Positions 7,427 through 17,027 of a stretch of 32,000 bases of DNA are shown one piece after another; positions within the stretch are counted from its first letter, which is position 1; each line of letters starts with the position of its first letter. The notes beneath the pieces were generated by a model. That model was not told the origin of the DNA. It saw nothing but the letters and a program-made list of their open reading frames with translations, and did no database searches. Both the position numbers and the translations under genes were made by a program. The stretch is from an uncultured Chloroflexia bacterium (GTDB lineage Bacteria > Chloroflexota > Ktedonobacteria > Ktedonobacterales > JADMIN01), in assembly GCA_963718915.1 (NCBI GenBank), contig CAVRAI010000003.1:300001-332000 (forward strand), read 5' to 3'.

Positions 7427-9890
7427 ATGACCATGGCACAATCACTGGCAAAGGCCTATGACTCCAACACCGTGGAGCCGCGCCTGAGCGAGCGCTGGCA
7501 GCGCGAGGGCATCTATCAGTTCGACCGCGCCAGCGATCAGCCCGTCTACGCCATCGACACGCCGCCCGCCACCGTCTCTGGTCACCTGCACCTGGGCCAC
7601 GCCTATTCATACACCCACCCCGATATCATCGCGCGGTTCTGGCGGATGAACGGCTACAACGTCTTCTACCCGATGGGCTTTGACGACAATGGGCTGCCCA
7701 CCGAGCGGCTGGTGGAGAAGCGGCTGGGCATCACGGCGTCCGCGGTGGGGCGCCAGACGTTCATCGAGCGCTGCCTGGAGGTGGGCATCGAGGCCGAAGA
7801 GGAATACCGGACACTGTGGCAGCGGCTGGGTCTCTCGATTGACTGGCGCTTCAGCTATCGCTCAATCGACACGCTCTCGCGCCGTACGTCACAGCAGTCT
7901 TTTCTCGACCTCTACCGCAAGGGCCTGGCTTATCAGCAGGAGGCGCCGACCATCTGGTGTCCCCTATGCCAGACGGCTATTGCGCAGGCCGAGCTGGAGG
8001 ATATCGCGGGGTTGACAACGTTCTATACGCTGGCGTTTGCGCTGCCCGACGGCGCGACACTGCCAATTGCGACAACGCGCCCAGAGCTATTGCCCGCGTG
8101 CGTGGCCGTCTTCGTACACCCCGACGACGAACGCTATGCCAGCTTCATCGGCTCCGAGGCGCAGGTTCCGCTGATGGATCGCACCGTGCCCGTGCTGGCT
8201 GACCCGCTCGCTCGTCCGGAAATTGGCACGGGCGCAGTGATGTGTTGCACCTTCGGCGATCCGACCGATGTCACCTGGTGGCGCACACACCAGTTGCCAC
8301 TACGGATGATACTGGGCCGCGATGGCCGCCTGACAGCCGATGCGGACGACCTGGCGGGGCTGACCCCCAGTGAGGCGCGCGCGCATATCATCGAACAGTT
8401 ACGGGCGTCGGGCGCGCTGCTGGGCGCGGAGGAGCACGCCCAGTCGGTGCGTGTCCACGAACGCTGCGATACCCCGGTCGAGTATCTGGTGACGCGGCAG
8501 TGGTTCATTCGCGTGCTCGATCACAAAGAGCGGCTACTGGCGGCGGGAGAGCAGATTCGCTGGCATCCGGCGCAGATGGCGGCGCGCTATCGCGAGTGGG
8601 TCGAGAATCTCAAATGGGACTGGTGCATCTCGCGCCAGCGCTACTTTGGCGTGCCCTTCCCATTGTGGCGCTGCGACGCCTGTGGCGCGATTCTTCTAGC
8701 CGATGACGCCGACCTGCCGATTGATCCAACAGACGACACAGCCCAGATCAGCCTGCGCATGTGGTAGCGAGAGCTTCACGCCTGAGCGCGACGTGATGGA
8801 TACCTGGGCGACATCCTCGATGTCGCCGCAGATCGTCGGCCAGTGGCTGTCCGACCCGGCGCTTTACCAGCAGGTGTTCCCGCTCACGCTCCGTCCGCAG
8901 GCGCACGAGATCATCCGCACCTGGGCGTTCTACACCATCGTCAAGTCACTCTACATGTTCGACACCCTCCCCTGGCATGAGGTCGCCATCTCCGGCTGGG
9001 GGCTGGCGCCGGAGGGCGCGGGCAAGATCAGCAAGAGTCGCGGTGGCGGGCCGATGACACCGGAAGCGATGATCGGCAAATACTCGGCCGATGCGGTGCG
9101 CTACTGGGCGGCGAGCACCGGCTTTGGCAAAGACACGATTATCAGTGAAGACCGCATTCAGGCCGGCGCGAAACTCGCGACCAAGCTCTGGAATGTGGCG
9201 CGGCTCAGCGAGCGCGTGCTGGCAAGCTATTCACCATCCGGGACAACGCCAGTGCTTGCGCCAACAGATCGCTGGCTGCTGGCGCGGCTGCGGCGGCTGG
9301 TCGAGCGCGTGACGACGCTTCTCATTGAGTACGACTACGCCACAGCCAAAGCGGAGATCGAGAGCTTCTTCTGGGCAACGCTCGCCGATAACTATCTGGA
9401 GCTTGCCAAGATGCGGCTCTACGATGCGGCTGATCCGCTGGCCGAAGGCGCGCGCTATGCCCTGCGCGCCACGCTGCTGACCGTGCTCAAGCTGTTCGCG
9501 CCGTTCCTGCCCTACGTCACCGAGGAGATCTATACGACGCTCTTCACGGACGAGGTCGGCTCGATTCACCGCTCCGCCTGGCCAACGCCGGATTCGGTGC
9601 CCGCAGGTGATGGAGACGATGATGCGATGATGGCAGCGGGCGACATGATGGTGGCGATTGCGACGGCGGTGCGCCGCTACAAGAGCGAGCATGGCCTCTC
9701 GCTGGGCCGCGAGCTGGCGCGACTTCAGATTGCAGTCGAGGACCACACGCTGGCGGAGTCATTACGGGCGAGCCTCATCGACCTGCGCAGCGTGACCCGC
9801 GCCACGACGGCTGAGGTGAGTGACCAACTCGATCCATCGTTGCATGCATTAATGGCTGAGGGTACAGTGCGTATTGCCATCGAGCCGTGA
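7427..9890 (+). CDS. valS: valine--tRNA ligase, reading frame broken near 8742-8744
   Basis: ATG at 7427 with an AAGGAGA RBS. The HIGH region reads PPATVSGHLHLGHAY. The track splits the gene into 7310-8767 and 8703-9890. The second frame continues with CACGSESFTPERDVMDTWATSS and the KMSKS-like GKISKSRGG. The two frames join if one C is added to the CCC run at 8742-8744. Confidence 0.9.
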
Positions 9891-9895
9891 GCCAG

Positions 9896-9911
9896 TGTTT
9901 CACGTGAAACG
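9896..9911. other. parS: parS site TGTTTCACGTGAAACG (15/16)
   Basis: Perfect 14-bp core, 6 nt after the valS stop, in the 37-bp gap between convergent genes. Confidence 0.8.
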
Positions 9912-9927
9912 TTGGGGGCCAACGCTG

Positions 9928-10887
9928 CTAGGAGGAACGCTGGCCCCAGGCGACGTAGAACGGGGCGACGCAGCGCGCCTTCGGCTGGTTCACATACGCC
10001 TGCGCCGCCACACACATGTTCTGAAACTCTTCCCTGGTGGCGATCCCCATGGACGCGATCACGCCTTCCAGGGCGCGTATGCCTGAGAAGAAGTCGGCCT
10101 CCATCATCTTGCCAACGCGCTCGCCCCATCCGCCTAGCGGGATAGCCAGGTCGCGCGTGCCGACCTGCGTCAGGCGCGCCCGCTGGAGTAGCTCGCCGAC
10201 GTGGCGCCCAAAGTTGGCGTCTATGCCACGCCGCTGCAGCATCTCGGTACCCCATGCCAGCAGCTGATCCAGGGCAGGGCCGCCGTGCTCTTCAGGGCCA
10301 GCCTCCACCAACTCGATCCAGCCGCCGGGGCGTGTCACACGCACCAGCTCGCGCACCACGAACTCCCAGCGGTCGGCGGGGATCGCCAGAAACATCAGCC
10401 GCATATGGGTGAAATCGAATGTGCTTTCGGGGAATGGCAGACCTTCGAGAACATTGGCGGGCGTAAAGGCGAAATCGCCCTGGCTACCGGCAGACGCTGT
10501 ATCCGAACTTGAAGATGGCCGATTGATATCGACCCCCACAACCTGCGCCCTGGGAAACGTCTGCGCCATCTCGCGCGCCCACCGGCCAGTGCCACAGCCC
10601 ACGTCGAGAATGGATCGCGGACTCTCCAGCGGCGCGGCGAAGTTGCCCCGAAAGGCGTGGCGTAACAGATAGTGTTGGAAGTCGAGGCGGTTGATCTCCT
10701 CGGAGTCCCGGGGCAGCGCATAGGGCACACCCACCGCGTGCTTGCGGCCACCAACAAAGCCATCCGTAGATATCCCCGACTGCTGTTGATCTCGCCGTCG
10801 CCTGCCAAACCATCGCATCGATAGTGTCCCCTTACTCACTAGCGCCACATCGAAAATATGCCGAAAACGAAGCTGTCGCAACGGCAT
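9928..10887 (-). CDS. class I SAM-dependent methyltransferase
   Basis: ILDVGCGTGRWAREMAQTFP is SAM-binding motif I, followed by VVGVDIN. An alternative start lies at 10818 (MRWFGRRRR). The substrate is unknown. Confidence 0.75.
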   Translation of the reverse strand: MPLRQLRFRHIFDVALVSKGTLSMRWFGRRRRDQQQSGISTDGFVGGRKHAVGVPYALPRDSEEINRLDFQHYLLRHAFRGNFAAPLESPRSILDVGCGTGRWAREMAQTFPRAQVVGVDINRPSSSSDTASAGSQGDFAFTPANVLEGLPFPESTFDFTHMRLMFLAIPADRWEFVVRELVRVTRPGGWIELVEAGPEEHGGPALDQLLAWGTEMLQRRGIDANFGRHVGELLQRARLTQVGTRDLAIPLGGWGERVGKMMEADFFSGIRALEGVIASMGIATREEFQNMCVAAQAYVNQPKARCVAPFYVAWGQRSS

Positions 10888-10953
10888 TCAGGCGCTGATC
10901 CTCATTGTACGACGGCAGAATGCCTCGCGCTCAGCATGCGCCCCATCATGGAG

Positions 10954-12357
10954 TCAGTGCGGCAGTAGTGAGACGACCAGCGCGACCGCCGCCGCCGCCA
11001 TTACGACGGTCGTCAGGATACCGAGGACGTTCGAGAGCCACTTGTTGGTGAAGTCGCCCATGATGGCGCGGTTGTTGGCGATCAGCAACAGCAGCACGAG
11101 CAGCGGCACGGCGACGATGCCGTTGATGACGGCGGTGTAGACGAGCGCGGCAATCGGATTGATGCCAAGGAAGTTGAGCGCCAGGCCAATCAGCGTCGCG
11201 GCGGCGATCACCGCATAGAATCCACGGGCGTGTCCAACTGGCTCCGAAAGCCCCTCGCGCCAGCCAAACGCCTCGGCGATGCCATAGGCCGCCGAACCCG
11301 CCAGCACGGGAATCGCCAGGAGACCAGTGCCGATGATGCCCAGCGCAAAGATGAGACCCGCCAGATCGCCCGCCAGCGGCCGGAGCGCCTCCGCCGCCTG
11401 AGCCGCCGTCGCGATGTTCCGCGTGCCATGAGCATGGAGTGTCAGGCCCGTTACCATCACGATGAACCAGAACGTCGCCGAGGCCGCCGTCATGCCCAGG
11501 GCGGTATCGAGCCGTAGCACGTGTATGGCGCGGCGCAGATGTCCCCGATGTCCCCCCGGCTTCACGGGCGCGGGTTTGCCGATGGCGGCCAGACGCTCCT
11601 TCTGCTCTTCGCGTTCGTGCTCCTCCTCGACCTCCTCGGCGGCCTGCCAGAAGAAGAGATACGGGCTAATCGTCGTTCCCAGCACGGCGATGGCCAACCC
11701 CAGAAACTCCGGCGTCAGTTGAATCGAGGGAACGAGCGTCGCCCGCAGCAGCGCGAGCCAGTCGGGATGAATCAGGATGCCCGTTACCAGATACGCCAGC
11801 AGTGAGAGGGTCAGCACCTTGAGGATACGGGCATAGTAGCGATAGGGGATGAAGATTTCCAGCAACAGGATACCTAGCGCGAAGATGATGAGGATCGCGC
11901 CAAAGGGAACGGCGGGCGCCAGCAGTTGGACCGAGGCGGCCATCGCGCCCAGGTCAGCGCCGACGTTGATCGTATTGGCGATGAAGAGCAGCAGCACCGC
12001 GCCAAAGAGCACCTGCCGATTGGAGTGGCGGCGCAGACAGCCAGCGATCCCGCGCCCCGTCACCAGGCCGATTCTGCCGCACATCTCCTGCACACAGATG
12101 ACCAGCGGCAAGATGTAGAGCGCCATCCAGAGAAAGCCCGTGCCAAAGGCGGCGCCCACCTGCGAATACGTGCCAATACCCGACGGATCATCGTCAGATG
12201 CGCCGGTAATGAGGCCCGGCCCAGCGATGCGCAGCAATCGACTGGCGGAGCTTAATGGCTCAGGGCGTCCGCGATGGGGCAATCGGAGTCGTGGACGCGC
12301 GGGAGTCGGCGGAGGCGGTGTATCCGTGGAACGATCACGATCAGGGGTTTCGGTCAT
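10954..12357 (-). CDS. Nramp-family divalent metal cation transporter
   Basis: 467 aa, polytopic. GPGLITGASDDDPSGIGTYSQVGAAFG is the Nramp-related DPSG signature. It carries a Pro/Arg-rich N-terminal extension. Confidence 0.75.
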   Translation of the reverse strand: MTETPDRDRSTDTPPPPTPARPRLRLPHRGRPEPLSSASRLLRIAGPGLITGASDDDPSGIGTYSQVGAAFGTGFLWMALYILPLVICVQEMCGRIGLVTGRGIAGCLRRHSNRQVLFGAVLLLFIANTINVGADLGAMAASVQLLAPAVPFGAILIIFALGILLLEIFIPYRYYARILKVLTLSLLAYLVTGILIHPDWLALLRATLVPSIQLTPEFLGLAIAVLGTTISPYLFFWQAAEEVEEEHEREEQKERLAAIGKPAPVKPGGHRGHLRRAIHVLRLDTALGMTAASATFWFIVMVTGLTLHAHGTRNIATAAQAAEALRPLAGDLAGLIFALGIIGTGLLAIPVLAGSAAYGIAEAFGWREGLSEPVGHARGFYAVIAAATLIGLALNFLGINPIAALVYTAVINGIVAVPLLVLLLLIANNRAIMGDFTNKWLSNVLGILTTVVMAAAAVALVVSLLPH

Positions 12358-12460
12358 CTTCAGTGTATCTCCTGCGGGAGGCAGCGACTGTACCGCCCCT
12401 CGCAGTGTACACGAACCAGGCCAGCCTAGCTAGCCATCAGTTTTTTCGCGCTAGCATCAA

Positions 12461-12476
12461 TGTTTCACGTGAAACT
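12461..12476. other. parS: parS site TGTTTCACGTGAAACT (15/16)
   Basis: Perfect 14-bp core in the 130-bp gap between the M50 protease stop and the Nramp gene start. Confidence 0.8.
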
Positions 12477-12487
12477 GGCGCACGCAA

Positions 12488-13366
12488 TCAGCGCTGCAGC
12501 CAGAAGAAGAGGTTGTTCCATCCAACGGCTATGAAGAACGGATCGATGCCCAGTCCGGTCACAATGTTTTCCGCCCCACCGAAGAGCACTGCACTCGCCT
12601 GAGGCACGAAGAAGAGCAGTGCGAAGAGCAGCACGAAGGCATACATCGAGACCGTCATCGCCAGTTTGGCAAACTCGCGTGGCAGCCACGGCATAATGAC
12701 CCCGAATCCGTCGAGCGGTGGGACTGGAATCAGATTCAGCACAATTGCTATTGCCTGGAAAAGCGCCAGTACCCCAATTGCGCCCAGTAACGCGCTGTGT
12801 CCCTGAACCGGGACGACGCGCGAGAGCAGCGCAAGACCCAGCAGGAAGAGGAGGTTGCCCAGCGGCCCAGCCAGCGAGATCGCGCTCTGCCAGGCGCGGT
12901 TGCGAATCAGGTCGCGCCGCAGGTAGACCGCGCCGCCGGGGAGCGCAAACCCGCCCATCAAGATGAAGATGACCGGCAGTATGATACTCATAAACAGATT
13001 CGTATAGTGGAGCGGATTGAAACTGAGATAACGGAGTGTTCCAGGGCTGGTATCGCCGCCAAGCACCGCCGTCACCGCGTGGCCAAATTCATGGAGGCAG
13101 AGGCTGAAGATCCAGCCCACCAGCACGAAACCCACCGTCCCCAGCGCTGTGGTACTCGGCGAATCCTGCCAGAGGATCCAGCCGAAAAAGCCAAAGACGA
13201 GCAAGAAGCCAGCGACGATGCTCCAGTTGATACTGCGCAGGATGAGCTGGCTAACCGAACTGGCGCGGCCTCTATTCGCGCCAGGATAGTACGGACTCTG
13301 GCGAGGATTACCAATCACGACCGGCCCCCTTCTCCGACGCCCGCTGCCGCTGGTGGCAGAGGCCAT
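12488..13366 (-). CDS. site-2 protease / peptidase M50 family membrane metalloprotease
   Basis: HEFGHAVTAVLGG (HExxH) lies within a TM segment of a polytopic 292-aa ORF. Confidence 0.7.
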   Translation of the reverse strand: MASATSGSGRRRRGPVVIGNPRQSPYYPGANRGRASSVSQLILRSINWSIVAGFLLVFGFFGWILWQDSPSTTALGTVGFVLVGWIFSLCLHEFGHAVTAVLGGDTSPGTLRYLSFNPLHYTNLFMSIILPVIFILMGGFALPGGAVYLRRDLIRNRAWQSAISLAGPLGNLLFLLGLALLSRVVPVQGHSALLGAIGVLALFQAIAIVLNLIPVPPLDGFGVIMPWLPREFAKLAMTVSMYAFVLLFALLFFVPQASAVLFGGAENIVTGLGIDPFFIAVGWNNLFFWLQR

Positions 13367-13399
13367 AGTATGCGTTGGTCGCTCTGTATTGATGCGCGA

Positions 13400-15235
13400 T
13401 CAACGGCGGAACACGCGACGGATGATCCGGTCGAGCGGCATAACGTCGTCAGTGCCCAGAAAGTGTGAGATACCAAAGTATACGCCCGTCGCCACGATAA
13501 TGGCTACCGCCAGTCGGATGATGATATACACCGACGTAATACCGGGCCGCGCCACGCTCGTGGGCAGCACCAGTTCACCCAGGTCATAGATCAGCAGCGC
13601 CGTCAGCGCCATCACGACACTCGCGCCGATCACATTGACCAGGAAGACGCCGATGCGCTTGAGGTCCAGCCCGGCGAGCCGCGGCCGCAGCAAGAGCAGC
13701 AGCACCAGCGCCTCGCCCAGCCATGCCAGCGACGAGGCCAGCGCCAGCCCGTTCGCGCCCATTGGGGCGAGCAACACGACACTCAGGCCAATACTGAACA
13801 TGAACTGATAGATGCTCACCTGCGTCGGGGTGCGGGTATCCTGCAAGGCATAGAAGCTGCGCGTGAGAATCTCGACGAGCGAGAGGCCGGTCAGGCCGAT
13901 GCCAAAGAAGATCAGCGGCCCGGTGAAGTATGGCAACTGGTCGAGCGAGAAGTCACCATGTCCAAGAATCACACGGCAGATCGGCTCCGCCAGAATCATC
14001 ATGCCAAAGGCCGAGGGGACCGCGAGGAAGATGATGCCCTTCACAGTGCGCGTAATCGTGTCGCGTAGCCGTGTCCACTCGCCCGAGGAGACCAGCGCCG
14101 CCAGCGTCGGGAACGCCGCCTGCGAGACCGCCATGCCAAAGATGCCATTCGGCAGCATGATGAGCGCGAAGGCCGTCACATAGCCGTAGGTCACCCCATT
14201 GATGTTGAGGGTACCAAGCAGATTCCGGTTGACAAATACCGAGAGGTAGAGAATGACGGCATTGAGCAGGCGTGGCGCCATCAAGCGGAACATCTCGCGA
14301 ATGCCCGGGTTGAAGATGTCAAAGGAGAACGTGTACTGCATCTTTGCGCGTGTCAGCCCCGGAACCTGGATGACGAACTGGAGCAGCGCGCCCAGCACGA
14401 CACCCCACGCTGGCCCGGCGATGCCCAGATGGCCTCCGAAGATGTGGGTTGTCTCATCCACTCTGGTCGCGAGAATGCCCAGGATCAGGCACACCGTATA
14501 GATCACCTGGCCGAGCGCGGGCAGCACAAATGACTGGCGCGCCTGCAAGATGGCAATGGTAATCGTCGCGCCGCCAAGGAAGATCGGCTGAAGCAGCATG
14601 ATGCGGGTTAGCTCGATCAGGGTCTCAGGCTCGCTCGTATTTTTGAACATAATCTCTGGCAGTGTCAGATCCAGAAACTGCCGCGTGAAGATGATTCCGA
14701 GGATGGCGAGGATGACGAGCGCCGCTATGATGATATTGAGCGCCGAACTGGCGATATGCCAAGCGGCCTTGCGGTCGCGCTTCTCGACGAGGTAGCTGGT
14801 GAAGACCGGGATAAAAGCCGAGGCCAGCGCGCCACCCGCGACGATAGTAAACAGCATATCGGGGAACGCGAAGGCATTGGTGAATGCGTCGGCGTTGAGC
14901 GTGTCCGCCCTGGAGCCGAAGACGCTGGCGAAGAGTGAGGTGCGCAGGAGGCCCAGCACACGGCTCAGCATCAGCGCGCTGGTGACGATAATAGTCGCGC
15001 GGGCAAGGTTGCCGGAGCTGAGCGCGCGCATCTGGATCGACGGTTGATCGTCAACCTCTGAATCGGCTTCCTCAGGAATAGGGGCGGAGCCGATGGAGCC
15101 TTTCGCGGCGGGCGCGCTCAGCCCCGCGCTCCAGATGGATTGTCCCGGTTGCAATGGCACCGCCGCGGGAACCTTCCCGGTGCCGGTGTTCATAAGCGTC
15201 TCGATGCTCGTTCCAGGATACGAGCGCTCGATCAT
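13400..15235 (-). CDS. murJ: lipid II flippase MurJ (MviN family)
   Basis: SRVLGLLRTSLFASVFG...DAFTNAFAFPDMLFTIVAGGALASAFIPVF plus about 14 TM segments. The homologous core begins near MRALSSG (alternative start 15031), so the first ~68 codons are uncertain. Confidence 0.85.
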   Translation of the reverse strand: MIERSYPGTSIETLMNTGTGKVPAAVPLQPGQSIWSAGLSAPAAKGSIGSAPIPEEADSEVDDQPSIQMRALSSGNLARATIIVTSALMLSRVLGLLRTSLFASVFGSRADTLNADAFTNAFAFPDMLFTIVAGGALASAFIPVFTSYLVEKRDRKAAWHIASSALNIIIAALVILAILGIIFTRQFLDLTLPEIMFKNTSEPETLIELTRIMLLQPIFLGGATITIAILQARQSFVLPALGQVIYTVCLILGILATRVDETTHIFGGHLGIAGPAWGVVLGALLQFVIQVPGLTRAKMQYTFSFDIFNPGIREMFRLMAPRLLNAVILYLSVFVNRNLLGTLNINGVTYGYVTAFALIMLPNGIFGMAVSQAAFPTLAALVSSGEWTRLRDTITRTVKGIIFLAVPSAFGMMILAEPICRVILGHGDFSLDQLPYFTGPLIFFGIGLTGLSLVEILTRSFYALQDTRTPTQVSIYQFMFSIGLSVVLLAPMGANGLALASSLAWLGEALVLLLLLRPRLAGLDLKRIGVFLVNVIGASVVMALTALLIYDLGELVLPTSVARPGITSVYIIIRLAVAIIVATGVYFGISHFLGTDDVMPLDRIIRRVFRR

Positions 15236-15349
15236 CGATTCCAGTTCCCAGAGCGGGTTGGGGGCCTTGGAGAGCCGGTTGGGGAGATCTCACAGCGGGG
15301 TAGAGACCGCTTGGGCGCTCCCACGGCGGATCGACATCCGGTTCATGGT

Positions 15350-15385
15350 CAGAACCACCAGAACCGCCAGAACCGCCAGAACCGC
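15350..15385. repeat. tandem 9-bp repeat CAGAACC(A/G)C x4
   Basis: Read directly: cagaaccac cagaaccgc cagaaccgc cagaaccgc. On the minus strand it would encode GSGGSGGSGGS inside a doubtful 157-aa ORF. Confidence 0.85.
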
Positions 15386-15911
15386 GAGCCGTCTTACTGC
15401 GATCCTGCTGCTGCGCGCCGCCGGAATCTCTCGGATCCATCCGCTGCCTGCGCCAGTCTTGCTGCGAATCCACAGTTCCCGCCTTCCACTTTCCTCTGCC
15501 TCGCCACTGCCTCGCCGACGCCGCCAACGGCCTCAACTTGCCCACCTGGCTCTACTCACTGGCCATTCTATCATTGGCTGGCGGGCACAACAACGCCTCT
15601 GGGCCTTCTGCGTGCAGGGGAACGGCGAGCAGCAGGTAGCGGGAAGTCAATCGGTATCCCCAAGAGTATAACGGGTGGGTGGGGCGCTGGTTGCGGCGAG
15701 GGAGTGAATCCGGTCACAGGCAGGATCCAAATGATACCCTTGCGTTGCCTTGTTTCGTATTCGATAGTACAGGATGGCGGCGCGATGGCGGGCATCGGTG
15801 CGCCGCATAGCGCATGATCGCCACGTTACCGGGGCTGGCATGCAAACTGCGATTGAGGGGCTGCGCAGGAGGAAGATTTCCAGACGACAGTTCTGGCCCC
15901 AGCGTCGATAC

Positions 15912-15956
15912 GTTGATACCATTGATACCATTGATATCATTGATACCGTTGATTAT
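15912..15956. repeat. tandem 9-bp repeat (A/G)TTGATACC x5
   Basis: Read directly: gttgatacc attgatacc attgatatc attgatacc gttgattat. It ends 40 bp upstream of the lepB ATG. Confidence 0.9.
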
Positions 15957-15995
15957 CGCGCATAGCTATGTGGCCTGGAGAACAGTGGAGAACAT

Positions 15996-16595
15996 ATGAG
16001 CCGACATGAGGACTACGCATACGAGGACGAACAGGGCGAGCACACTGGCGCCAAACTGCTCCGTGAGGTTCTCGAAGTCGCGATTCTTACGCTTCTCTTC
16101 TTTGGGGTGGTACGGCTGCTCGTACAGAACTATCGCGTGGACGGCCCCAGTATGCAGCGAACCCTCTATACCAATGAATACATTCTGGTGGATAAGGCGA
16201 CCTACTATTTTCACTCACCCGAACGCGGCGATGTCATTGTCTTCGAGTATCCGCTCGATACTAGCAAGAACTTCGTCAAGCGGGTCATCGGCGTTCCTGG
16301 GGACACCGTGGCCATCGATACCAACGGCACGGTCAGCGTGAATGGCAAGCCCCTGACTGAGCCGTATGTATACCAGCAGTTGTGCCCCTGTGATACGAAA
16401 TCCATCACGCTGCACGCGGACCAGTATTTCGTGCTTGGGGATCACCGTGGCGATAGCGATGACTCACGTGACTGGGGGCCTGTGCCACGCAAAGATATCA
16501 TCGGCAAGGCGGCGCTCGTCTACTGGCCGCTCCCGGACGTCCATCTGCTCCACGACTGGTCGGGCATCTTCACCAATATCCCCCCAAAGCCATAG
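15996..16595 (+). CDS. lepB: signal peptidase I (S26 family)
   Basis: RBS GGAGAA. GPSMQRTL carries the catalytic Ser and FVKRVIGVPGD the catalytic Lys; GDHRGDSDDSRDWGPVP also matches the family. There is one N-terminal TM segment. Confidence 0.9.
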   Translation: MSRHEDYAYEDEQGEHTGAKLLREVLEVAILTLLFFGVVRLLVQNYRVDGPSMQRTLYTNEYILVDKATYYFHSPERGDVIVFEYPLDTSKNFVKRVIGVPGDTVAIDTNGTVSVNGKPLTEPYVYQQLCPCDTKSITLHADQYFVLGDHRGDSDDSRDWGPVPRKDIIGKAALVYWPLPDVHLLHDWSGIFTNIPPKP

Positions 16596-17027
16596 CCAAC
16601 GCGCGCGCGATCACCTGTGATATGCGGCAGGCGAAGTGGATGATGGCCGCCTAACCTGCCGCGTATGGGAAATGTTTCACGTCAACTACCCCATGGGTAA
16701 ACCCAGGGGCTTGCAGCTAGCCCGGAACGACAAAGCCGCCGCGTCTGGCCGATTGACGGCGGCCCGGCAGAACCGAAGCCCTGCCGCGTGTGCCTCATTG
16801 GAGGCTGTACGTCAAACATTTTACCCCGGCAACGATTCCTGCCGGGAACCCGCGAATGTTCAGTTGGGGAGGTGCGAGGAACCTTGTGCAAACCGTTCGC
16901 TCCGCCAAAGCGGAGTGCCTAAGCACACAGGCAGTATACCACAACAAGCGGGAGTGCGGCGCTTACCCCTCACCGGAAGATAGGGCCTCCGCGCCGGAGA
17001 AAGGGTGAAACGCGCCCGCGCATCGCG

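Noticed and set aside
15072-15545. 157-aa minus-strand ORF (Arg/Gly/Gln-rich, with GSGGSGGSGGS) as a real gene or a MurJ N-terminal extension.
   Set aside because: It is low complexity with no motif, overlaps the murJ start in another frame, and the murJ frame is closed by a TGA at about 15293. It is left as unexplained sequence.
15912-15956. Possible CRISPR array, because of regularly repeated short units (also at 15350-15385 and 1007-1047).
   Set aside because: The units are 9-11 bp and directly abutting with no spacers, and no cas genes are present. These are simple tandem repeats.
16596-17027. RNase P RNA, SRP RNA or tmRNA in the long convergent spacer. AAGGGTGAAAC and ACAGGCAGTATACC faintly recall RNase P segments.
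   Set aside because: The near-invariant GAGGAAAGUCC (CR-I), the ACAGAAnCCGGCUUA partner, the SRP GGAAGCAGCC motif and the tmRNA termini are all absent on both strands. It is kept only as an unassigned structured region.
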